DNA of 64,000 bases from an uncultured Desulfarculales bacterium (GTDB taxonomy: Bacteria; Desulfobacterota; Desulfarculia; Desulfarculales; JAHJDS01): positions 60,014 to 124,013 of the forward strand of contig CAZMVB010000007.1 of the NCBI GenBank assembly GCA_964569795.1. Reading direction: 5' to 3'. The notes beneath the pieces were generated by a model. The model had not been told where the DNA came from and searched no databases. It was given only the letters and a program-made list of their open reading frames with translations. Shown here in pieces: positions 7,748 to 16,950 of this stretch (its first letter is position 1; every line of letters starts with the position of its first letter). The position numbers and the translations under genes were made by a program.

Positions 7748-9304
7748 TTATCCGCCGGTCCCCAGGCCCAGCCCCCTGGCCGGCCGGTGGCCTCGGCCAG
7801 GCCTTGGTCGGGCTGCGCCCGGCCCGTCCAGGCGGATTTTTTTGAGGCCGGTGAGCGCCTTTTGAGGGATGACCCTGGCCCAGGGGACAATCTTCCGCAG
7901 GCGCCACATGGACTTGAGAACGGGCCAGGGCAGGGGCAGGGTCGAGGCCAGTTGCCCCAGCCGGACAAAGGCCGCCCCGTCGCGGCCGCTGATCCGGAGC
8001 CGGCGGTTGACGTGGGCCGACAGGTCGAACTGGGCCAGGTAGGTCTCCTCGGTGAGCAGCCCCTCGGCCCGGGCCTTGTGGTACAGCCCGGTCCCCGGAA
8101 ACACTGTCAGGGAGAAGAACAACACCTCGTAAGGCGTGGGCAGCCGGCAGAGCAGGCGCAGGGTGTCCAGCCGGTCGGCCTCGGTCTCCCAGGGGCTGTC
8201 CACGATGACGTCGTAGTGCGGGGCCAGGCCGTATGGCCGAAGCCTTTGCGACAGCTTTCTCGCCACGTCGATGATACGCCGGTTTGACTCCCGCCGATTG
8301 AATAATTTCCTGATCCGGGGGCTGCCGGTCTGGATGCCCATCTCCACGAAAGACACCAGTCCCGTTTTTAGTAGGATGTCCAGCTTGCGGTCGCGAAAGC
8401 TCATCGGGCTGAGCAGGAACATGAAGGGCAGCTTGATTTGATTCCAATAGGCCCGGGCGAACTGGGCCAGCTTGTCCTCGCGCCAGAGCAGGAAGTCGTC
8501 TGAATAGACGTAAACCTTGTGCAGGTTGGGAATGGCCTGCTTGACCTCTTCCAGCTCGGCCATGATGTCTGGCACGGAACGCTTGCGCAGGCCGAGGCGG
8601 CCGGACAGCCTCTTGAGCAGGGGCCGGCAGCAGTAGGTGCAGTCCCCGACGCAGCCCCGATCCACGAACAGGTAATAGGGGTTCTTGGGCCGGCCGGTCT
8701 TGCCCGGGGGCAGGAACCGTTCCGGCCCGGGCCTGGTCCAGGCGCGGGTTCTGACGTCAAAGGCGTGGGTCTGGTCAAAGAAGAACCGGGGCCGGGGTAT
8801 TTCGTCCAAATCGTCCAGGCTGGGGGCGGCCCGGTAGTCGTCGGTCAGGGTGGCGCGTGTGTAGATGCCCTGCACATTGGCCGCGCCGTCAGGGTCGCCG
8901 GCGGCCAGGCGCTCGACGAACAGGGGAAAGGCGATCTCGCCCTCGCCGACGCAGACGTAGTCCGAGAACCCGAGGACCTCGGCCGGCCGGACCGAGGCGT
9001 GGATGCCGCCGCTGATGATGATTTTTGCGGCGAATTTTTCCCGGACGGCCTGGGCGATGCGCCGGACCAGGGGCACGTGGGCCGACAGGAACGAAAAACC
9101 GAGCAGGTCGGCGTCAACGATTTTTTCAAAGAGACCGGGCAGGAGGGCCGGGGCCAGGTTTGGATCGTCCAGGTCGGACATCCGGGCCTGCCAGGCGGGG
9201 ATGACGATTTTGACCTGATGGCCGGCGTTTTCCGCCAGGGTGGCCAGGATCCGGAGCGGGTAAAGCTGACCGGTGACGTCCCAGCCGAGAAAGGCGACCT
9301 TCAC
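7748..9304 (-). CDS. B12-binding-domain radical SAM protein
   Basis: N-terminal Rossmann-like B12-binding region (MKVAFLGWDV...) and the radical SAM cluster motif CVGDCTYCC (CxxxCxxC). 518 aa. Confidence 0.85.
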   Translation of the reverse strand: MKVAFLGWDVTGQLYPLRILATLAENAGHQVKIVIPAWQARMSDLDDPNLAPALLPGLFEKIVDADLLGFSFLSAHVPLVRRIAQAVREKFAAKIIISGGIHASVRPAEVLGFSDYVCVGEGEIAFPLFVERLAAGDPDGAANVQGIYTRATLTDDYRAAPSLDDLDEIPRPRFFFDQTHAFDVRTRAWTRPGPERFLPPGKTGRPKNPYYLFVDRGCVGDCTYCCRPLLKRLSGRLGLRKRSVPDIMAELEEVKQAIPNLHKVYVYSDDFLLWREDKLAQFARAYWNQIKLPFMFLLSPMSFRDRKLDILLKTGLVSFVEMGIQTGSPRIRKLFNRRESNRRIIDVARKLSQRLRPYGLAPHYDVIVDSPWETEADRLDTLRLLCRLPTPYEVLFFSLTVFPGTGLYHKARAEGLLTEETYLAQFDLSAHVNRRLRISGRDGAAFVRLGQLASTLPLPWPVLKSMWRLRKIVPWARVIPQKALTGLKKIRLDGPGAARPRPGRGHRPARGLGLGTGG

Positions 9305-9313
9305 CGCCGGCCC

Positions 9314-10153
9314 TTAACCGCTTTTGTCGGACGGATCACCCGGTTTGTCGGCCACGTGCACGAAGAACTCGGCCACGTCCGGGTCATAGTCGGTCTCGAA
9401 ATCGCCGTAAGTGGTCACCGGATCGAATCCGGCCTCGTAGAGCAGGCTCCGGAAGTAGCCGTTTCGGAGCGGAAACATGTTCAGGTAATAGACCGTGTTG
9501 TCCGGGAAGGCATACCGGAACCGGGCCAAGCCGCTGTCCACGTAATCCGGCTCGACGCAGACCTCCTGGCCGCAGTAGAAGATGTGGTTGTTGATATACT
9601 TTTCGTCCAGGATGGCGTCGTAGTTGCGCTGATCGGCGATGAGGACCCCGCCCGGGGAGAGCAGATCGAACCACTGCCTGAGCACCAGCCGCCGTTCGTC
9701 CTCGGAAAACAGATGGGTGAAGGAGTTGCCCAGGCAGACGATGGCGTCGAATGGGCCGGCGACTTTTTTGGCAACGTGACGCCAGTCGGCCTGGACCGGG
9801 TCCAGGTTCAGGCCTCGTTCCCGGGCGTTATTTTGGGCCTTTACGAGCATGGCCGGCGAGCCGTCCAGGGAGGTGACCTCGAAGCCGGCCTGGAGCATCC
9901 GGATCGAGTGAAAGCCGGTGCCCGTGGCCACGTCCAGGACCCGGTGGGCCTTTTTCTCCTTGAGTATCCGGCAAAAGAACTCGCCCTCGATCCGGGATCG
10001 CCGGCCCCAGCCCACGAGCTGGTCCCACTTCTCGGCGAATCCGGGGACGTATTCGAACCGGTAATGATCGGAATCCCGGACCGCCTTGGGGTCGGCCCCG
10101 AAATCCTGTTCGATCACACCGGTGTTTTGTCTCTGGTCAAAATCCATAACCAC
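9314..10153 (-). CDS. class I SAM-dependent methyltransferase, glycine/sarcosine N-methyltransferase-like
   Basis: SAM motif I VLDVATGTGFHS. The flanking blocks (DSDHYRFEY..., CLGNSFTHL, ADQRNYD, YYLNMFPL) match my recollection of the GSMT family. 9 nt upstream of the rSAM gene. Confidence 0.75.
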   Translation of the reverse strand: MVMDFDQRQNTGVIEQDFGADPKAVRDSDHYRFEYVPGFAEKWDQLVGWGRRSRIEGEFFCRILKEKKAHRVLDVATGTGFHSIRMLQAGFEVTSLDGSPAMLVKAQNNARERGLNLDPVQADWRHVAKKVAGPFDAIVCLGNSFTHLFSEDERRLVLRQWFDLLSPGGVLIADQRNYDAILDEKYINNHIFYCGQEVCVEPDYVDSGLARFRYAFPDNTVYYLNMFPLRNGYFRSLLYEAGFDPVTTYGDFETDYDPDVAEFFVHVADKPGDPSDKSG

Positions 10154-10320
10154 CTCGCGTACCTAACATAGTAACCCGCTTTCACCCAAAATCAACCATG
10201 TAAAAGGGAATACGGTCTAACCCGCGACGCGATCAGGGAATATTTTTAGCGGTGACTGGAATTGTAACTAGAAATCCCTTCCCGGCGTCTTATAATGTTA
10301 GAACAAGGGGGATTAGTCCA

Positions 10321-12675
10321 ATGATGACGACAATCGAGTCGTATCCCTTCCAATGCCTGCTGAGCCTGAGACCGCTGATCGATCACCTGACCGAGACCGT
10401 TGAGCGCGGCGGGGCGCCCGGTCTGGACCCCGGTCTCCTGGACCGCCTGAAGGAGGCCCCGGAACTTTTTGGGCCGATCACGGACTGGGAGGTCCTCGAC
10501 CGGCACCGGTCCCTGGTGGACGATCTGATGAGCCTCCTGTTTCCGCCGGCCGATTGGGACAGCCGGGCCATGGCGGCCATCGTCCCGGTCACGATGCGTC
10601 CCTTCCACGTCACCCCCCAATTCGAGCGCCTCTTTCTGGATGTGGACAGCTACGTGCCCCTCAAAAGCAACGTGGATCAGGAGACCTTCGAGCGCGGCCG
10701 GGCCATCCGGGCCTACCTGTTCATCCTCGAAAAATTCTACGGCATCCACCGGGACATGGAGCCGCTGCTGATCAACACTGTGACCGATCCGGAGACCGGC
10801 CTGGACCGCTATTACAAGCTGGGCCTGGACTTCCGCTTTTGCCGGGCCGAGGCCGCCGGCGAACTCCCGCCGCTGTCCGAGGAGGACCGGAGAAAAATCA
10901 TCGCCCACATCACCGAGCCCGAGGTGATCCGGGAGATCCTGCCCCCCCAGCACTTCGAGTTTCACGGGTTCGTGGTCATCGACGCCGTGGACGTGACCGA
11001 GTCCGAGGTCCTGGCCGCCCTCACCCGGGAGCTGATCAATCAGCAGTCCATCACCTCGACGGCCGGTTTCGCCCGCATCCAGCAATCGGTCCGGACCCTG
11101 CTCAAAAGGCCGGACGTGACCATCGGCCTGTGCGCCCTGGCCGAGGACCATCTGATGGTCCTCAATTTCGGGGAAAACGACCACGAGGAGAGCTGCGGCG
11201 CCTGGTGCGTTCTGGGTGACTCGCTCCACATCCCGCTCTCGGAATTCGAGGGCTCCCCTTACCAGCGGGTCCTTCAGAGCGAGGACATCATCCGGATCGA
11301 CGACCTGGCCCAGACCTCGTTCGACACCCGGTTCGATCATGATTTTCAGGCCCACGGCATCCGGTCGTTCATGCTGGCCCCGCTCCATTTCCAGGGCCAG
11401 TGCGTCGGGACGCTGGGCGTCAAGTCGCCCCGTCCCGAGGACCTGGGACCCATGGACGAGATGTTCCTCAAGCTCCTCCAGCCCCTGTTCGCCATGGCGG
11501 TCAAGAACGTCCAGGAGGACGTCAACAGCCAGATCCAGGCGATCATCAAGGAGGAGTGCACCGCCATCCACCCGTCGGTCGAGTGGCGTTTCCGGCAGGC
11601 GGCCTTCAAGCACCTGACCGAGCTGCGGATGGGGCGTCCCTCGGAGATGGAGCCGATCGTCTTCAAGGAGGTTTACCCCTTCTTCGGCAGTTGCGACGTC
11701 CGGGGCTCGACCGAGGAGCGCAACCGGGCCATTCAGGCCGACCTGATCGAGCACCTGACCCTGGGCCGCGAGGTGATCGAGGAGGCGGGCCGGGTCAAGC
11801 CGATGCCTTTCCTGGCCGAACTGGCCGGCCGCCTCAAGAACCTCGAGACCCGGCTGTCGGGGGGCCTGGGCTCGGGCGACGAGGCCCTGGTCACCGGCTT
11901 CATGCGGCGCGAGGTCGAGTCGATCTTCGACGAGGTGCGGCGGCTGGGGCCCAAGGTCCACCGGGCCGTGGACGCTTACGAGCGGACCGTGGACCGGCAC
12001 CTGGGCACGGTCTATCACCGCCGGCGCCAGTTCGAGCAGAGCGTCCAGATCCTGACCGAGCGCCTGGCCAATTACCTCGACCAGGAGGCGGCCCGGGTCC
12101 AGGAGAACTTCCCCCACTACTTCGAGCGGCATCGGACCGACGGCGTGGATTACCTGGCCTACATGGGCGGCTCGCTGGCCGAGGACGGCCGGTTCAATCC
12201 GGTGTACGCCCGGAACATGCGCCTGTGGCAGATCATGGTCGCCTGCGGCCTGGCCTGGCACACCGAGCGCCTCAAGAGCGAGCTGCCGATCGAGCTGGAC
12301 ACGGCCCAACTGATCCTGATCCAGAACGCGCCCCTGGCCATCAGGTTCCGCTACGACGAGAAGAAGTTCGACGTGGACGGGGCCTATGATATCCGGCACC
12401 AGATCCTGCGGTCCCGGATCGACAAGGCCACGGTCATGGGCGGCGAGCGCCTGACCCAGCCCGGCCAGGTGGCGATCGTCTATGCCCACCCCTCCGAGGG
12501 CCAGGAGATGATGCGTCACCTGGAGCATCTGCGCGGCGAGGGTTTCCTGACCGGTCAGATCGACCGGCTGGACCTGGAGGATCTGCCCGGGGTCCAGGGC
12601 CTGCGGGCCCTGCGCATGGAGATCAACCTGGAGTCGGCCGCGTTGTCGGCGCGGTTGGACAGTATCGCAGTTTAA
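10321..12675 (+). CDS. large cytoplasmic protein with central GAF-like domain, function unknown
   Basis: ATG at 10321 preceded by AAGGGGGA. The central segment ends in a typical GAF pattern (IRSFMLAPLHFQGQCVGTLGVKS). I recognise nothing in the remaining ~400 C-terminal aa. Confidence 0.65.
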   Translation: MMTTIESYPFQCLLSLRPLIDHLTETVERGGAPGLDPGLLDRLKEAPELFGPITDWEVLDRHRSLVDDLMSLLFPPADWDSRAMAAIVPVTMRPFHVTPQFERLFLDVDSYVPLKSNVDQETFERGRAIRAYLFILEKFYGIHRDMEPLLINTVTDPETGLDRYYKLGLDFRFCRAEAAGELPPLSEEDRRKIIAHITEPEVIREILPPQHFEFHGFVVIDAVDVTESEVLAALTRELINQQSITSTAGFARIQQSVRTLLKRPDVTIGLCALAEDHLMVLNFGENDHEESCGAWCVLGDSLHIPLSEFEGSPYQRVLQSEDIIRIDDLAQTSFDTRFDHDFQAHGIRSFMLAPLHFQGQCVGTLGVKSPRPEDLGPMDEMFLKLLQPLFAMAVKNVQEDVNSQIQAIIKEECTAIHPSVEWRFRQAAFKHLTELRMGRPSEMEPIVFKEVYPFFGSCDVRGSTEERNRAIQADLIEHLTLGREVIEEAGRVKPMPFLAELAGRLKNLETRLSGGLGSGDEALVTGFMRREVESIFDEVRRLGPKVHRAVDAYERTVDRHLGTVYHRRRQFEQSVQILTERLANYLDQEAARVQENFPHYFERHRTDGVDYLAYMGGSLAEDGRFNPVYARNMRLWQIMVACGLAWHTERLKSELPIELDTAQLILIQNAPLAIRFRYDEKKFDVDGAYDIRHQILRSRIDKATVMGGERLTQPGQVAIVYAHPSEGQEMMRHLEHLRGEGFLTGQIDRLDLEDLPGVQGLRALRMEINLESAALSARLDSIAV

Positions 12676-12801
12676 TTCAAAAAAACTATTAATTTAAGAT
12701 AGATAGTTATTGTCTAACATTTATATTGACTTCCCCTACTATGAATGATAATTTTTTACAGAAGTTTATCTATATCTAGTCACAAGAATGAGAGAAAAGG
12801 A

Positions 12802-13716
12802 ATGAAGGAGAAGTTCCTCTCTTTGATAAGGAGTTGGCTTGTTTTATTTCGGGTACTATTGGATCCTATGTTTTTGATTCCATTCGGTATCGCAGTTTTA
12901 TTAGTACTTATTTCTTTCGGTCAGACAGACAAACATGTGGCAGCGGTCCTAATCTTTCTGATATCTTTGAGTACCGGCATTGCAGGAGGCGCTGCCACAA
13001 AAATTTGGCTAGACCATTTTGAAGAAAAGCTCACAGAGACCAAGGGCAAGTCTGCGATTCGGGATTTAAGACTTTTATTCTTTGCGATAATCAGAATAAG
13101 GTTGAGAATTGAGAGTAACAGAAATGAACTTGATGAAAACGATGAAAAAAATAAATTAATGATCAGCCAGTTGCAGGTTTATGCTGACCGCTGTTTTGAT
13201 CTGTCAGAAGCTGTCGCAAATGCAATTGAAAATTGGGCCGACATTCTTGAAGAAGCAAATATTACTGACCAACTTAACGAAATGAAGAGACTGCAGGGGA
13301 AAATCGAAGAAAACGTTTCAGAGAAAAACAGGCTAAAAGATGAACTTTCACGTGTTAAGGAGGATAAGGAAGAAGAAAGGGAGAGGCTGCAAAAAATTAT
13401 TACTAAGAAAGAAGAGGAAATCGAATCATTAAAGAGTAAAGAAGAAAAGATCGTTAGTCCTCTTTTTTCAATGTCTGATAAAGGCGTATCTGCCTCTTCT
13501 GCTACTATAAGTGTTGAACACATGTTAAAATTACAATCATTTGGTTCTACAATAGAAAATAGTGAAAAACCATCTGGTTATGAAATCGTATTCGGGCAAA
13601 ATGAAGAAAGGAAATGTATCAAATGCGGCAAGAAATTGCCTAATACAGCGATATCATATCTTCAGCCGAGCAGCTACCGTGATTCATTATGTGACGATTG
13701 TAAAAGAAAGACTTAA
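12802..13716 (+). CDS. orphan membrane / coiled-coil / zinc-ribbon protein encoded in an AT-rich island
   Basis: ATG at 12802 preceded by AAAGGA. Two N-terminal TM helices and a long E/K-rich coiled-coil region. C-terminal CIKCGKK...CDDCKRK (CxxC-N23-CxxC). Codon usage is strikingly AT-rich compared with the neighbours. Confidence 0.65.
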   Translation: MKEKFLSLIRSWLVLFRVLLDPMFLIPFGIAVLLVLISFGQTDKHVAAVLIFLISLSTGIAGGAATKIWLDHFEEKLTETKGKSAIRDLRLLFFAIIRIRLRIESNRNELDENDEKNKLMISQLQVYADRCFDLSEAVANAIENWADILEEANITDQLNEMKRLQGKIEENVSEKNRLKDELSRVKEDKEEERERLQKIITKKEEEIESLKSKEEKIVSPLFSMSDKGVSASSATISVEHMLKLQSFGSTIENSEKPSGYEIVFGQNEERKCIKCGKKLPNTAISYLQPSSYRDSLCDDCKRKT

Positions 13717-13760
13717 TTTATTGTCGAAATAGTATTATCGGGTTGATTAAGCGAAAAGAC

Positions 13761-14960
13761 CTAAGAATAAAATATATGCTTCATAATTATAGCATATAAG
13801 AACACCGCCCGCCGCAGGTCCTCGATATCGACGAACTCGCCGGTGGTGTGGGCCTGGTTGATCGATCCCGGGCCCATGATGATCGTCGGGATGCCCGCTT
13901 CCAGGACGTAGAACCGGGCGTCGGTGAAGCCCCGCGATCCCCGGGGCTCCCTGGGCTCGCCCGTGATTGCGGCCGCGGCAGCCAGGGCAATTTGGACGAT
14001 GGGCTGGGCCGGGTCGATCTCGTAAGGGGCGGCAAAAATTATGTCCTGCAGCTCCACCTCGGCCCCGGTCTCGGCATGGAATCTCTCGATCAGATTGTTC
14101 AGGCCGGCCCGGGCCTCCTCGGGGCCGGTCCCGGGCAGGACCCGCTGGTCGATCTCGATCGTGCAGTGATCGGGGACCACGTTGATCTTTGAGCCGCCCA
14201 CGATAGTTCCCAGGTTAACAGTCGGTGGTCCCAGCAACCGATGCTCGCCGGCTTGCGGTAGTTCCCTGAGTCGCATAATCAACCCGGCCATGCGCTCGAT
14301 GGCGTTGTCCCCCAGGTGGGGCACCGATCCATGGGCCGATTTACCCCTGACCGTAGCCCGGGTCCACAGCGCGCCCTTAGAGGCGATGACCACGTTGAGC
14401 CCGGTCGGCTCGCCCACGATGGCCGCGTCGGCCTGGGTCAGGCCGTTTTCCACCAAAAACCGTGCCCCCTGGGCCCCGCCGGTCTCCTCGTCGGACACCA
14501 GATGAATGATGATCTCTCCGTCCGCCGGCCTTTCAGGGAGATTCTGGATCAGCCGGGCCGCCCAGAGCATGGCCGCCACGCCGCCCTTCATGTCGGCCGC
14601 GCCCCGGCCGTACAAACGGCCGTCGTCAATGAAACCGTCGAAGGGCGGCATTGACCAGGCCGAATCAATCCCGGCCGGGACCACGTCCAGATGACCATTG
14701 AGCAAGATCTTGGGCGAGCGCCGGCCCCAGCCGTTCCGGGCGATCAGGTTCAACCGGCCCAGGTCTGTCCGGAGCAGTTCGGTCTCGAACCCCCAGTCTG
14801 TCAAGAGTTCGGCCAGGAACTCGATGGCCGGGGCCTCGTCGCCCGGGGGATTTTCGGTGGGCATCCGGACCAGTTTTTGGGCCAGGGAGACCGGCTCGTT
14901 CTCAGGCAGATTATTCCTGAAATTTTCCGTAATGGCCCCGGCTTCCTGGCTCGAATTCAT
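13761..14960 (-). CDS. M20-family metallohydrolase (ArgE/DapE-type deacylase)
   Basis: Typical blocks LLNGHLDVVP, GRGAADMKGG, SDEETGG, SAHGS. The last ~13 codons (..AIIMKHIFYS*) are encoded by AT-rich DNA. Confidence 0.9.
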   Translation of the reverse strand: MNSSQEAGAITENFRNNLPENEPVSLAQKLVRMPTENPPGDEAPAIEFLAELLTDWGFETELLRTDLGRLNLIARNGWGRRSPKILLNGHLDVVPAGIDSAWSMPPFDGFIDDGRLYGRGAADMKGGVAAMLWAARLIQNLPERPADGEIIIHLVSDEETGGAQGARFLVENGLTQADAAIVGEPTGLNVVIASKGALWTRATVRGKSAHGSVPHLGDNAIERMAGLIMRLRELPQAGEHRLLGPPTVNLGTIVGGSKINVVPDHCTIEIDQRVLPGTGPEEARAGLNNLIERFHAETGAEVELQDIIFAAPYEIDPAQPIVQIALAAAAAITGEPREPRGSRGFTDARFYVLEAGIPTIIMGPGSINQAHTTGEFVDIEDLRRAVFLYAIIMKHIFYS

Positions 14961-14973
14961 GTCGCCCGGCGTC

Positions 14974-16851
14974 TCACTTGAGTCCGGCCCGGCGCAGGGC
15001 CTGGAGGTGTTTTTCGAGAAGGGCCGGGTCCTTGAAGGTCATGGTCCGGCGCACGAAGTCCAGGGACAGCCGGGGATAAATTTTCCGGGCCGCGGCCAGG
15101 TGTTGTCTGGCCCGGTGCGGCCGGCCCAAGTCAGCGAAGATCCCGGCCAGGAAGATGTGGCCGACCAGGGGGGCGCACTCGCCTTGCTTGCACCTGGCCA
15201 GATATTTCAGGAAGACGTCCCGCGCCTCGCGGAGCCGGCCGGTCAGGAAGTAGGCCTGGCCGAGCTGGTGGAGGTAAAAGGCCGGATAGTGCGGGCTGAG
15301 GTCCATGCCCCGTTTGATGTAACCGATCGCCTCGGCGGGGCGTCCGGCGTAGATCAGGCCGCGGCCGTAGAGGACCAGGCTGTTGTCGTCGTTGGGCTGA
15401 AGGGCCACGGCCCGCCGGAAAGATTTCAGGGCGGCGTCAAAGCGGCGGTGCATCAGGTGGATGCTGCCCCACAGGGCGTAGGCGGAGGACAGGTTCTTGT
15501 CCAGGCGCAGGGCCTTGGCGGCCAGCTTCTGGGCCATGTCCAGGGACTTGGCCTTGTCGGGCTTGAAACCCAGGCGGGCGTCCATCCAGTAGGTCCAGGC
15601 CAGCATGACCCAGGCCAGGGCGTACTTGGGGTCCAGCTTGACCGCCCGGCTGAACAGCCGCCGGGCCTGTTCGTTGTCGCCGATGGTGTGCCGCCGGAAA
15701 TGGCCCAGCCCCCGGACGAACAGGCTCCAGGCCTCGAGGTTGGTGGTGCCGCTGCCCGAGGTCTTACCTCCGGTCAGCTTGACCATCAGGGAGTTGGCGA
15801 TCTTGAGGGTGATTTCGTCCTGGAGGGCCAGGACGTCCTTGAGGGGCCGGTCGTATTTCTCGGCCCAGAGGTGCCGGCCGGTTTTGGCGTCGATCAACTG
15901 GGCCGTGACCCGGATGCGCGACCCGGCCTTGAGGACGCTGCCCTCGAGGACATAGTCCGCCCCCAATCGCCGGCCGACCTTTTTGACGTCCACGGACCGT
16001 CCCTTGTAAACAAACGTCGAGTTACGGGCAATGACCCGGAGGGAGGCGATCTTGGACAGGGCGGTGATGATGTTCTCGGTCAGACCGTCGGCCAGGTAGT
16101 CCTGGGTCTTGTCCCGGCTGAGGTTGTTGAAGGGCAGCACGGCAATGGTCGGCTGGGGCTTGACCGCGTTTTCGTGCATCCGCCGGACCACGATGCCGAC
16201 CACCCGCGCGAGTCCCGCGATCAACAACATGGCCGCAATGGTCAACAACACGGCCCGGCGGACGCGACGGCGCTGGGATCGAGGTCTGCGGACCGGACCG
16301 GCCGCGGCCGGCGTCCCGTCCTCGGGGCGGGACCAGATGGCGTAGATCCGGACCGGTTGATCCACGTTCTTGACCTTGCGCTCGCCCAGGTCCTTGAACC
16401 GGAAGTCGAACTTGCCCTTGACCTGGTCGTAAACGCTCTGGGACAGGCACACCCCGCCGGGCTGGGCCAGGCCCTCGATCCGGGCGGCCAGGTTGACCCC
16501 GTCGCCGTAGATCCGGTCGCCCTCGGCCACCACGTCGCCCAGGTTCAGCCCGATCCGCCAGTCCATGCGGCGGCCTTCCGGTGCCTCGGCGTTGCGGGCC
16601 GCCAGTTCGGTCTGGATGGCCACGGCCGCGGTCACCGCCGCCAGGGCGCTTCTGAATTCGGCCAGGAGGTTGTCGCCCGGCGAATCGACCACCCGGCCCC
16701 CGGTGGACACGATCAGCTCGGACATCAGCCGCCGGTGCTCGGTCAGGGTCTCGATGGTCGCCGCCTCGTCCTCGGCCATCAGAAGGCTGTAGCCCTTCAC
16801 GTCGGCGCTCAGGATGGCGGCCAGCTTGCGGTGGGTCTGCTCGTCGCTCAT
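14974..16851 (-). CDS. class III adenylate/guanylate cyclase fused to a TM segment and TPR repeats
   Basis: N-terminal cyclase domain (AAILSADVKGYSLLM...GDGVNLAARIEGLA), one TM helix (AVLLTIAAMLLIAGLA), then a TolB-N-like region and TPR-like repeats. Confidence 0.9.
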   Translation of the reverse strand: MSDEQTHRKLAAILSADVKGYSLLMAEDEAATIETLTEHRRLMSELIVSTGGRVVDSPGDNLLAEFRSALAAVTAAVAIQTELAARNAEAPEGRRMDWRIGLNLGDVVAEGDRIYGDGVNLAARIEGLAQPGGVCLSQSVYDQVKGKFDFRFKDLGERKVKNVDQPVRIYAIWSRPEDGTPAAAGPVRRPRSQRRRVRRAVLLTIAAMLLIAGLARVVGIVVRRMHENAVKPQPTIAVLPFNNLSRDKTQDYLADGLTENIITALSKIASLRVIARNSTFVYKGRSVDVKKVGRRLGADYVLEGSVLKAGSRIRVTAQLIDAKTGRHLWAEKYDRPLKDVLALQDEITLKIANSLMVKLTGGKTSGSGTTNLEAWSLFVRGLGHFRRHTIGDNEQARRLFSRAVKLDPKYALAWVMLAWTYWMDARLGFKPDKAKSLDMAQKLAAKALRLDKNLSSAYALWGSIHLMHRRFDAALKSFRRAVALQPNDDNSLVLYGRGLIYAGRPAEAIGYIKRGMDLSPHYPAFYLHQLGQAYFLTGRLREARDVFLKYLARCKQGECAPLVGHIFLAGIFADLGRPHRARQHLAAARKIYPRLSLDFVRRTMTFKDPALLEKHLQALRRAGLK

Positions 16852-16950
16852 GGGCTCGAACCAGGGTGACGCCGGTCAGGAAGCGGGAAAACGCTCAAGC
16901 CATGCTACCACACCGAAGATGAATGAACAATTGACCGGGAACGGCCCGGA

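Noticed and set aside
10246-12528. 760-aa minus-strand ORF opposite the GAF-like gene
   Set aside because: The plus-strand frame has an RBS, balanced composition and a GAF-like domain. The minus-frame product is repetitive, with a strong Leu/Gly/Asp/Val/Pro bias.
14698-16869. 723-aa plus-strand ORF opposite the cyclase-TPR gene
   Set aside because: It is antisense to a gene with a clear class III cyclase domain, and its own translation has no motifs.
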